Source: a virus. From it: a DNA stretch of 38,874 nt. A program made the translations under genes and the position numbers. The first letter of the stretch is position 1; the number at the start of each line of letters is the position of its first letter. A model generated the notes under the pieces. It saw only the letters and a list, made by a program, of their open reading frames with translations. It did not search any database and was not told the origin of the DNA. The stretch lies in IMG/VR virus record IMGVR_UViG_3300017963_000147, one strand, 5' to 3'. Below are positions 24,089 to 31,563 of the stretch, piece after piece.

Positions 24089-25879
24089 ATGTCGCAAATG
24101 GGAAAATTCTCCGGAGGTATTCTGGGGATACCAATAAATACAATTACGGGTAATATTGGTGGTGCAGTTGGTCCGGATGCATTTTCGAATGTTGATCTTT
24201 TAGGTTCTTCGCCTATAACAGTTACGGGTAATCCGGCGGCGTGGACATTAACGATAACGGTTGATTCGGCTACTACGACTTCTGAGGGTGTGGTTGAATT
24301 GGCAACTGATGCTGAATCGATAGCGGGAGCTGATACGACGCGTGCTATAGTTCCGAGTTCTTTGGTTGCAAAATTGGGCACTATGACAGCAAATGGTGTG
24401 GCATATGGTGCAGGTACGGCAGCTGCTGTTAATTGGACTGCGGCGGGTACTGATGGCCAGGTGCTTATAGGGGCAACTGGTGCGGCGCCGGCATTTGCAA
24501 CAATGGCTTCTGCGGGAGGCACGATAGTATACACGCCGGGTGCCAATACATTGAATTTAGAAGTCGGTGGTATGTTTGTGCAGTCTTTTGCGACAGATGT
24601 TGCGGGCCCAGTGGTACCATTAGCTGGTACAATCACTATGGCAGGCGGCAGTAACATTAGTACTGATGGCTCTGTAGCGAATACAGTTACGTTTAATCTT
24701 AGTGGTACAACGGATCATGCGGTTCAGATAGGGAATGCTGGTGGTAGTTTAACGTCGGTAGCTGTTGGAACGGATGGCCAGGTGCTTATAGGGGCAACTG
24801 GTGCGGATCCTGCTTTTGCTACTATAGCGTCCGCAGGAGGAACGATAGCATTTACACCTGGCGCTAATACTCTAAATATGGAAACTGGCGGCACAGTGGC
24901 AATTTCGTTTGCTACAGACGCAGCTGGGCCTCAATCTCCGCTGGCGGGTACTATAACGATTGCTGGTGGTAATAATATAACTACTGATGGTAGTACGGCT
25001 AATACGGTTACTATAGATTTAACTGGAACTACTCAGTATGCATTACAAGTTGGAGATGCTACGGGCAGTTTAGATTCTTTGGCTATAGGTACAGCAAATC
25101 AAGTTTTAATGTCAGGTGGTGCTGGAGCAAATCCTGCATGGAGTACGGCGACATATCCAGCTACAGCAGCTACGGGAGACGTGTTATATGGGTCTGCTGC
25201 TAATACCATAACTGCCTTGGCATTTGATAATACAGCTACGCGTTATTTGGCTAATACTGGTGGTGGTGCGACAATTCCGGCCTGGGATCAGATTAATTTA
25301 ACGAACGGGGTAACGGGCATTTTGCCGGTTGCTAATGGTGGTACTGGAGTTGCTAATCCGACAGATCATTCCTTGCTCGTTGGGTCGGGTGCTGGAGCTA
25401 TGACAGAATTGGGAGCTGCAACTAATGGCCAGATTCCAATTGGCTCGACTGGTGCGGATCCAGTCTTGGCTACTATCACGCAGGGTGCGAATATTACCGT
25501 AACGAATGGTGCAGGTTCTATAACAATAGCATCTACGGCTTCAGGCGGTATTTCGTGGTCGGAGGTCACAGGAACATCGCAAGCTGCAGCTGTTGATTCT
25601 GGCTATATATGTAACAACGCGGCGTTAGTTACCGTTACATTGCCTGACACTGCAGCAGTTGGCTCTATAGTCGCGGTAACTGGAAAAGGTGCTGGCGGTT
25701 GGCGTATAGCACAGAATGCAGGTGAAACAATTTATTGGGATGAAAGTAATGCAACTACAACTGGTGTAGGTGGAAGGTTAGACTCTACTGACGATTATGA
25801 TTCAGTAAGGCTGATTTGTATAACGGCAGATACTGATTGGGGAGTTTTGAGCTCTAAGGGAAATATTAGTATTACGTAG
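24089..25879 (+). CDS. Tail fibre protein with 107-aa tandem repeats (596 aa)
   Basis: GTDGQVLIGATGA.PAFAT.ASAGGTI..TPGANTLN.E repeats have a 321-nt period. The Gly-rich C-terminal tip is of the ..LP......G..V.V.GKGAGGWRI.Q type. Confidence 0.7.
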   Translation: MSQMGKFSGGILGIPINTITGNIGGAVGPDAFSNVDLLGSSPITVTGNPAAWTLTITVDSATTTSEGVVELATDAESIAGADTTRAIVPSSLVAKLGTMTANGVAYGAGTAAAVNWTAAGTDGQVLIGATGAAPAFATMASAGGTIVYTPGANTLNLEVGGMFVQSFATDVAGPVVPLAGTITMAGGSNISTDGSVANTVTFNLSGTTDHAVQIGNAGGSLTSVAVGTDGQVLIGATGADPAFATIASAGGTIAFTPGANTLNMETGGTVAISFATDAAGPQSPLAGTITIAGGNNITTDGSTANTVTIDLTGTTQYALQVGDATGSLDSLAIGTANQVLMSGGAGANPAWSTATYPATAATGDVLYGSAANTITALAFDNTATRYLANTGGGATIPAWDQINLTNGVTGILPVANGGTGVANPTDHSLLVGSGAGAMTELGAATNGQIPIGSTGADPVLATITQGANITVTNGAGSITIASTASGGISWSEVTGTSQAAAVDSGYICNNAALVTVTLPDTAAVGSIVAVTGKGAGGWRIAQNAGETIYWDESNATTTGVGGRLDSTDDYDSVRLICITADTDWGVLSSKGNISIT

Positions 25880-25888
25880 GAGATAGAT

Positions 25889-26041
25889 ATGCCTTGGAAA
25901 TTAGGATCAAAAAAAGCTAAAGGGTGGCCCATTTTAAAGAATGAAAATGGGCGCTGGAAGGTTGTTGGATATTCAAATTCAAAAGCTAAGGCAGAGGCTA
26001 GTATTAGGGCTCGATATGCTTCTGAAAATAAGAAGGGATAG
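25889..26041 (+). CDS. Possible small basic protein (50 aa, below track cutoff)
   Basis: AGGAGATAG RBS. Hand translation gives MPWKLGSKKAKGWPILKNENGRWKVVGYSNSKAKAEASIRARYASENKKG. Confidence 0.45.
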   Translation: MPWKLGSKKAKGWPILKNENGRWKVVGYSNSKAKAEASIRARYASENKKG

Positions 26042-26045
26042 TTGT

Positions 26046-26249
26046 ATGATTAAGTTAGTTGGAATAATTGTAGTTGCTTCGGCAGTGGTAGTTGGGGTAG
26101 CGTCTCGTTTTCTTTTTAAGAAGTCTGACAATGTTGTTGAAGAGATAGCAGAGAAGGTTATTAAAGAGAAGACTGGTTATGATGTAGATTTAAGTCCAGA
26201 TACACCAGAAAAGGAAAAGCATGGCAAAGATAAACGCAATAGGAAATAA
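26046..26249 (+). CDS. Small single-pass membrane protein (67 aa; holin-like topology only)
   Basis: It begins MIKLVGIIVVASAVVVGVASRFLF and has a charged C-terminus. The track ORF from 25941 overlaps the previous small gene in another frame. Confidence 0.45.
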   Translation: MIKLVGIIVVASAVVVGVASRFLFKKSDNVVEEIAEKVIKEKTGYDVDLSPDTPEKEKHGKDKRNRK

Positions 26250-26877
26250 GTCTGCTGAGTTGACGATTGATCCTGGTGCTTCTGGAGATAGCTTTGTACA
26301 ATTTGATATTAATGGAACTGGAGAATTTAGAATTGGTGTAGACGATGACGATTCAGATAAGTTTAAAATATCAGCAGGGTCGGCTCTTGGGTCTAGTGAT
26401 ACATTTGTTATAACAGCATCTGGTGAAATCACTAAGCCGTTACAGCCGGCATTTTTGGCTATCGTGACGTCGCAAATTGATAATGTCACTGGTGATAATA
26501 CTACATATGCTGTTGCATATGATACAGAGGTTTTTGATGTTGGTGGTGATTTTAGCTCGACAACATTTATAGCTCCGATAACTGGAAAATATCTGTTGAC
26601 GACGATAATAGGTTTTGGAGATATATCTTCTCATACAGGAGCGCTAGCATATTTCAATACTAGCAATCGAAATTATCTATTTATGCAAACTGATCCTGAG
26701 GCAGTAGACAACTCATCTGATCAGTATTCTACTAGTTGTTCAATGATTTGTGATATGGATGCGTCTGATACAGCAGTAGTGCAAGTTAATATTTCTGGTG
26801 GTGCTAAAACTGTAGATATGATATCGAATGGGTCAACGGATCCTTATAATGCCTTTGCTGGGTCGCTGCTTGTGTAG
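26221..26877 (+). CDS. Fibre tip protein with C1q/TNF-like C-terminal domain, paralog A (218 aa)
   Basis: The C-terminal half reads ..NVTGD....V.YDTEVFDVGGDF...TFIAPITGKYLL....S.S.ICDMDASDT..V....FAGSLL, which fits the C1q jelly-roll signature. The N-terminal half is nearly identical to 26886. Confidence 0.6.
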   Translation: MAKINAIGNKSAELTIDPGASGDSFVQFDINGTGEFRIGVDDDDSDKFKISAGSALGSSDTFVITASGEITKPLQPAFLAIVTSQIDNVTGDNTTYAVAYDTEVFDVGGDFSSTTFIAPITGKYLLTTIIGFGDISSHTGALAYFNTSNRNYLFMQTDPEAVDNSSDQYSTSCSMICDMDASDTAVVQVNISGGAKTVDMISNGSTDPYNAFAGSLLV

Positions 26878-26885
26878 GGGGAGGT

Positions 26886-27551
26886 ATGAGTAAAGTAAAT
26901 GCAATAAATAATAAGTCTGCAGAGTTGACGATTGATCCTGGGGCGTCAGGAGATAGCTTTGTGCAGTTTGATATAAATGGAACGGGTGAGTTTCGTATTG
27001 GTGTTGATGATGATGCGTCTGATTCGTTTAAGATAAGTCAAGGTTCGGCTCTTGGGAGTAATGATACATTTGTTATAACAGCATCTGGTGAAATCACTAA
27101 GCCGTTACAGCCGACTTTCTTTGGAGAGGTTGGGGCGGCTTTTTTAACGAATGTTACGGGTGACGGGACGGCTTTTAATGTTACGTATGGTCAGGAAAGA
27201 TTTGATCTTGGAGGTGATTTTTCTAGTCCGACGTTTATTGCGCCTGTAACTGGTAAGTATTTGTTGAATGCGTTTGTACTTCGAAATGATTTAACATCTT
27301 CTCATGTAGATGAAGAAATGTATATTACCACCTCAAATAGGGTGTATAAGTTATTTTGTAATCCCTATGCGCAAATTTTTGGTGGGAGTGATCAGTGGAA
27401 TGGAACTAAAATATCGATATTGTGTGATATGGATGCGTCTGATACTGCTACTTTATATATTGATATATCTGGTGGAACAAAGGTGGTTGATATTGGTTAT
27501 TATGATGGTTCAACATGTAGGGGAACTTTAAACGGATCTTTAATTTGTTAG
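26886..27551 (+). CDS. Fibre tip protein with C1q/TNF-like C-terminal domain, paralog B (221 aa)
   Basis: The N-terminal ~80 aa are about 90 percent identical by eye to 26221. The C-terminal domain has diverged but keeps FDLGGDFSSPTFIAPVTGKYLL and CDMDASDT. Confidence 0.6.
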   Translation: MSKVNAINNKSAELTIDPGASGDSFVQFDINGTGEFRIGVDDDASDSFKISQGSALGSNDTFVITASGEITKPLQPTFFGEVGAAFLTNVTGDGTAFNVTYGQERFDLGGDFSSPTFIAPVTGKYLLNAFVLRNDLTSSHVDEEMYITTSNRVYKLFCNPYAQIFGGSDQWNGTKISILCDMDASDTATLYIDISGGTKVVDIGYYDGSTCRGTLNGSLIC

Positions 27552-27560
27552 AAGGATATA

Positions 27561-27863
27561 GTGATGATAGTGAAAGTTGGCGATAAAGTGTTGTTCACAC
27601 TAACGGACATACAAAAGAAGGTTCTAAAGAATGACATTAAGTCAGAGATATTTGAAGAAGATATGAAGCGTCGTTTGTTTTATATTATTAATCACAAGTA
27701 TGAGCAGTGTTATAAGCGTTTAAAGCAGGAGTGGGAGCCTAAGTTGGCGGCTCGTGGTGTTCAGTCTATTCCTACTGACAAGGATGCCTTTGCGCAGTTG
27801 GTATTTTCTCAGGAAGATTATAAGGATAGGGCTGCAAGGGATGCAGAGGTGTTGAAGGTTTAG
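27561..27863 (+). CDS. Hypothetical protein (100 aa)
   Basis: Coding-like, K/E-rich. No motif. Confidence 0.5.
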   Translation: MMIVKVGDKVLFTLTDIQKKVLKNDIKSEIFEEDMKRRLFYIINHKYEQCYKRLKQEWEPKLAARGVQSIPTDKDAFAQLVFSQEDYKDRAARDAEVLKV

Positions 27864-27878
27864 TTAAAGGAGAGTGTA

Positions 27879-28883
27879 ATGGCATCAAGAAGGGATAGTA
27901 GAAGGACGGGTTTGAATCCGTTGGCCTATTTGGGTGTAGAGCCTGTGTCTCCGCCTTTATTGTTGACTATGGATAGGGCGCCTACGGCAAATGATTATGC
28001 TAACTATAATGTTGGAACAATTTGGGTTGATAGGAGTACGGCTCCGACAGAAGATATTTGGATGTTGGTTAACAAAGATAATAATGTGGCTCGGTGGATT
28101 CATTTTGATACTGGTACTGAGAATATAAGAACATTGACGGGAGATGTTGGTGGAGCTGTTGGGCCAGATGTTCTTGGTAATATTGATATTACTGGTGGGA
28201 ATAGTATTACTATCACTGGGGCTCCAGCATCAAATAGTATGAATGTTAGTGTATCTGGTACTACGCAGTATATTTTACAGATTGGAGATGCTAGTGGGGC
28301 ATTGGATAATTTGCCAGCTGGGACTGGTACGGATGGTCAGAGGTTGACGTCGAATGGTCCTGGATTAGCGCCTACATGGCAGGATACGACTATACGTTTG
28401 AATGGTTTTCAGGCATATATGGGGTCTAGTGTGAATAATGTGACTGGAGACAGTACATATTTTACTCTTACTTTAGATACAACAGAGTTTAATTTTGGAG
28501 GGAATTTTGACGTCTCTAATTATTGGTATGTAGCGCCATCGGATGGTTATTATCAGTTTGTGCATACGGTATTTTTTCGGGGTATAGATCCTGCTGGGGG
28601 CTTTACGGATTGTGCAATATTTTTAACTAGGTTTAGGCCCAGTACGGGTGTCACTAGGAGGTATACTCATACTAATATTAATCCATCGCCAATTACTGAC
28701 AATACTACTCCTCCGTCATATGAGTTTGATATGTGTAATATAGATATTATTGAGTTGCAGGCTGGTGATCAAGTTAGGTTAGATGCTTTGGTTGGAGGTG
28801 GGGCAAAAACAACGGGCTTTACAGGATTGTTTTCTGGTGAAATAAGAACGAGGTTGGCAGGTTGGTTGTTGACTGAAATTTAA
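27879..28883 (+). CDS. Tail fibre with shared N-terminal anchor and C1q/TNF-like tip (334 aa)
   Basis: RAPTANDYANYNVGTIWVD matches the N-terminus of 20350. TGDVGGAVGPD..GNIDI and SGTTQYILQIGDASGALD match 24089. The C-terminus (NVTGDSTYFTLTLDTTEFNFGGNFDVSNYWYVAPSDGYYQF) is C1q-like. Confidence 0.65.
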   Translation: MASRRDSRRTGLNPLAYLGVEPVSPPLLLTMDRAPTANDYANYNVGTIWVDRSTAPTEDIWMLVNKDNNVARWIHFDTGTENIRTLTGDVGGAVGPDVLGNIDITGGNSITITGAPASNSMNVSVSGTTQYILQIGDASGALDNLPAGTGTDGQRLTSNGPGLAPTWQDTTIRLNGFQAYMGSSVNNVTGDSTYFTLTLDTTEFNFGGNFDVSNYWYVAPSDGYYQFVHTVFFRGIDPAGGFTDCAIFLTRFRPSTGVTRRYTHTNINPSPITDNTTPPSYEFDMCNIDIIELQAGDQVRLDALVGGGAKTTGFTGLFSGEIRTRLAGWLLTEI

Positions 28884-28938
28884 AAAGTCTCATCAACTCT
28901 CTTTTCATTTTCTTATTTTTTCTCCTTTTTTGGTTAAG

Positions 28939-28958
28939 GAGGGGCCACGTGGCCCCTC
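28939..28958. terminator. Palindromic GC hairpin between convergent operons (possible bidirectional terminator)
   Basis: GAGGGGCCAC / GTGGCCCCTC. No clean U-tract on either side. Confidence 0.45.
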
Positions 28959-28999
28959 TTAAGCAAGCAGTTCTCCCATATAAGGAGAAAAAATAATAT

Positions 29000-29755
29000 C
29001 TATTTACCGTCTCTTAGTTGTACTATTTGTCTGATTCTTTGGATTGCCGTGAGAAATTTTGACTTAGGGATATCGCTCAAGCTTTGTATTTTCATTTTAT
29101 CTAGGATTTCTTCGGCTAGGTCGGTATGTGATTTTAGTTCGTATCTGATTTCTTCTAGTTGTTCTTTGGTGATGGTTTCGTATGATTGTTCTTTGGGGTT
29201 GTATTTGTGGTTTAGTTTTTTGCCTTCGTTGAAGTCTTTACGTTGTTGGTGTACGGCTACTTCGCCGTCATCGTCTTCGTCTGAGGATACTACGCCTACG
29301 AGTGATGCGTATGCGTATCGTTTTAGGTATGTTATGTAGCTGCCTAGAGATTGTACGTCATTTTTGGGTGGTACTATTCTCATTCTGGACTCTATCCATT
29401 GTCCTGAGCTGTGTAGTAGTATTGTGTTTAGGATGTTTGCTCCGTCTTCGTTTTGTACTATTTGTTGTAGGACGGATAGTCCGTTTTTGGCTAGTGCTGG
29501 GCGTGATACTTTGACTATTTCGGCTAAGTCTGAGTATTTGGATTTGAAGTAAGGGTTTTCTTTTGTAAGGCCGGCAATTTTGAATTCTGCTTGCGCTTTT
29601 GCTAGTGCAGTGCTCAAGTCTTTGATTGACTCAGAGCGTGCGGGAGCGATGATTTTTGGCGCCCTGTCATTGACGTTGTCTCCTATTAGGGATATTTGTT
29701 TTGATAGTTTTGCTATTGCTTCTAGCATGGTTGTTAGTAGTTCTTTATTTTCCAT
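29000..29755 (-). CDS. erf: ERF-family single-strand annealing protein
   Basis: AKAQAEFKIAGLTKENPYFKSKYSDLAEIVKVSRPALAKNGLSV...GSYITYLKRYAYASLVGV is the hallmark ERF core. Confidence 0.8.
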   Translation of the reverse strand: MENKELLTTMLEAIAKLSKQISLIGDNVNDRAPKIIAPARSESIKDLSTALAKAQAEFKIAGLTKENPYFKSKYSDLAEIVKVSRPALAKNGLSVLQQIVQNEDGANILNTILLHSSGQWIESRMRIVPPKNDVQSLGSYITYLKRYAYASLVGVVSSDEDDDGEVAVHQQRKDFNEGKKLNHKYNPKEQSYETITKEQLEEIRYELKSHTDLAEEILDKMKIQSLSDIPKSKFLTAIQRIRQIVQLRDGK

Positions 29756-29960
29756 AGTTTAGTTTTCCGTTGTTAACTATTAGTAGTTCTAGTTCGTACA
29801 TAGATACTTTATGTGCTGTTTTAGGCCCAGCTAAGTTCATGAATAAATCTCGGCATTTTTTGCAGCAAAACATTGTTTGCCTATCTCTTGGTTCAGTCTT
29901 TCTGCACTGTAGACACTTCATAGTTTTACTACTGCTTCTAGAATTGTTGTTAATAGCCAT
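29745..29960 (-). CDS. Small zinc-ribbon protein (71 aa)
   Basis: CLQC...CCKKC cysteine pairs. It overlaps the erf start by 11 nt. Confidence 0.5.
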   Translation of the reverse strand: MAINNNSRSSSKTMKCLQCRKTEPRDRQTMFCCKKCRDLFMNLAGPKTAHKVSMYELELLIVNNGKLNYGK

Positions 29961-29968
29961 GATTATCC

Positions 29969-30208
29969 TTATTCATTATTAGGTTCCTGCAATTCTTTTA
30001 GTGCGTCAAATAATTGTACCTTATCTGGATGCTGCGCTCTAATAAGTGCATCGACTGGTTCTAGTTCTTTTAGTATGTCTGCCATTTTTAGGTGTGTTTT
30101 GTCTAGTTGTTCTCGTAGTTTTTTGGCTTCTTTGCCTAGGGCTGTAAATAGTTCTAGTGGTTTGTCTATGAGTTTTTGTAGCTCTGCTGCTTTTTGTTTA
30201 ATTGTCAT
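29969..30208 (-). CDS. Small coiled-coil protein (79 aa)
   Basis: K/E/L heptad-like sequence, same operon. Confidence 0.5.
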   Translation of the reverse strand: MTIKQKAAELQKLIDKPLELFTALGKEAKKLREQLDKTHLKMADILKELEPVDALIRAQHPDKVQLFDALKELQEPNNE

Positions 30209-30410
30209 CGTTTTGGTCCTCTAGTGCGCCTTCTTTTATTGTGTGTTCTGTGTCTAGGCGTGCATTTTCTATTTTATTTTTGCAGTGATCGCATAGTGTT
30301 ACTTTTAGTGTGTTTTCTAAAAGCCATTCGGCATGCTCCAATTGTATGTTTAATTCTTGTATTAATGCCTCAGCCTTGGATGGTATTTTAAATATGTTTT
30401 TTTTACTCAT
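30198..30410 (-). CDS. Small protein with LCDHC motif, paralog 1 (70 aa from ATG 30410)
   Basis: MSKKNIFKIP...VTLCDHCKNKIE. The shorter start removes the overlap with the upstream gene (stop at 30412). Confidence 0.5.
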   Translation of the reverse strand: MSKKNIFKIPSKAEALIQELNIQLEHAEWLLENTLKVTLCDHCKNKIENARLDTEHTIKEGALEDQNDDN

Positions 30411-30411
30411 A

Positions 30412-30606
30412 TTATTTAATCCTTTCTCTTCTTTCTGCGAGTGTATCGTATTCGCTTTCTTTGATGTGTTGTTTTTCTCTTTCATATCCGTCTATTATTT
30501 CGTTTATGCAGTGATCGCATAGGTGATGTTTTAGCACGTGTTCTATGAAGTGCATTGTGTTTTCGTATTGATCATCTAGTTCTTTTAGGGGTGTTTTGTT
30601 TGACAT
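30412..30606 (-). CDS. Small protein with LCDHC motif, paralog 2 (64 aa from ATG 30606)
   Basis: MSNKTPLKELDD...HHLCDHCINEII. A GAGGAG RBS precedes 30606. Confidence 0.5.
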   Translation of the reverse strand: MSNKTPLKELDDQYENTMHFIEHVLKHHLCDHCINEIIDGYEREKQHIKESEYDTLAERRERIK

Positions 30607-30647
30607 AATATACTCCTCTATAGGGGTTAAACTGATTACTTGGTTAT

Positions 30648-30676
30648 ATAGTAACATTAAGTATACAAAGCGTCAA
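30648..30676 (-). promoter_or_regulatory. Sigma70-like leftward promoter TTGACG-N17-TACTAT
   Basis: Minus-strand read. The -35 is at 30671-30676 and the -10 at 30648-30653, about 40 nt upstream of the ATG at 30606. Confidence 0.6.
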
Positions 30677-30698
30677 GTAATTTAAATAATAAAAGTGC

Positions 30699-30727
30699 TT
30701 GTCATTATAATATAAGTTTGTTATGAT
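30699..30727 (+). promoter_or_regulatory. Sigma70-like promoter TTGTCA-N17-TATGAT
   Basis: The -35 is at 30699-30704 and the -10 at 30722-30727. It faces rightward into a region with no long ORF. Confidence 0.45.
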
Positions 30728-30733
30728 ATTGTT

Positions 30734-30858
30734 AAGAGTAAAAAGCTACTACGGGTTCCTTCTTAGCTCAGGGCTAAGTGATTCTTAGCTTATTTTTGAA
30801 GAACTGTAGATGTTTTTGATTAGGGTGTCCCTCTAGAGGATTGGGGGTCACCCTTTTT
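30734..30858 (+). ncRNA. Candidate ~125-nt small RNA (promoter to terminator)
   Basis: It is bounded by the promoter above and an intrinsic terminator (AGGGTGTCCC..GGGGTCACCCT followed by TTTTT, 30822-30858). There is an internal hairpin CTTAGC tcagg GCTAAG. No ORF with an RBS. Confidence 0.35.
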
Positions 30859-31099
30859 ATGTGTGGAGTATAAAGATGAGAGAGATTCTATATAATATAA
30901 ATAAAAAATTATTAGCCCTATTGTATGAAAAATTGAGCCTTTGGTTTGCAGAGCTAGTACTTCTGTTTAAATTGTGGTTTCAGAAAGAAAAGTTTTCTAC
31001 AGTAGGGTTATTCTGTTCTGCCTGAGTAGCTCTAGGAGCTACATTGCAGTATGCTCCCTGTTGCTATTTGTAACCCTGCTTTATCAAAGAAAAAAAAGC

Positions 31100-31129
31100 T
31101 TGACAGAGCAAAAATACTATGATTATACT
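31100..31129 (+). promoter_or_regulatory. Sigma70-like rightward promoter TTGACA-N18-TATACT
   Basis: Consensus -35 preceded by an A-tract. About 430 nt upstream of the ATG at 31564. Confidence 0.6.
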
Positions 31130-31563
31130 GTATTACATCCTTACGAGGCATGCGCATGCTTGAATCAATTCTTCCTTAACAGTCAGAATAGATTAAAGGC
31201 TTGCTTATGCCTATTCTCTATGCGATACAACGATACATTATGTTTCGACTTGTTGTTGTATATCCTCTGTGAATCTTTCTTCCTCTATTTTTTGAAAAAA
31301 ATATCAGATGCGATGACTTCCCAAGATTATCCGCTAGTTGGATATCAAATGACTTTAGATAACTTCTCTCCGAGTGATTATCTAAATCATTCAAAAGCAA
31401 CAAGCAAAAAAACATTCCCGCTTGCCTTAAGCAGGGGTCTAAGGGCTAGCTCTTTTCTTTTCAATCAGTGTTTTAATGTCGTCCAGTTGGAATAATCTTC
31501 TATTCATATAGTATCTTAAAGCAGTGTCAAAAAAAGATAGTAATAAAGAATAGAAGGACAATA

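Noticed and set aside
24085-24657. 190-aa minus-strand ORF overlapping the start of the 596-aa fibre gene
   Set aside because: This is the same antisense-shadow effect of GGN/ACN/GCN-rich coding sequence. There is no RBS or independent support.
26221-28883. Diversity-generating retroelement targeting the C1q-like tips
   Set aside because: There is no reverse transcriptase anywhere in the window, and no template or variable repeat pair with adenine-specific differences. The paralogs differ at all base types.
31003-31078. tRNA-like fold (7-bp outer stem AGGGTTA/TAACCCT and an inner 5-bp stem with a 7-nt loop TCTAGGA)
   Set aside because: No D arm or T arm can be formed, there is no GTTC-type T loop, and position 33 of the putative anticodon loop is C. 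It is not a tRNA, and is kept only as part of the structured control region.
30974-31495. 173-aa plus-strand ORF in the control region
   Set aside because: It has a non-ATG start, no RBS and a Cys/Leu/Phe/Ser-rich, non-protein-like sequence. It runs across a consensus promoter (31100-31129) and several hairpins. I treated it as non-coding.
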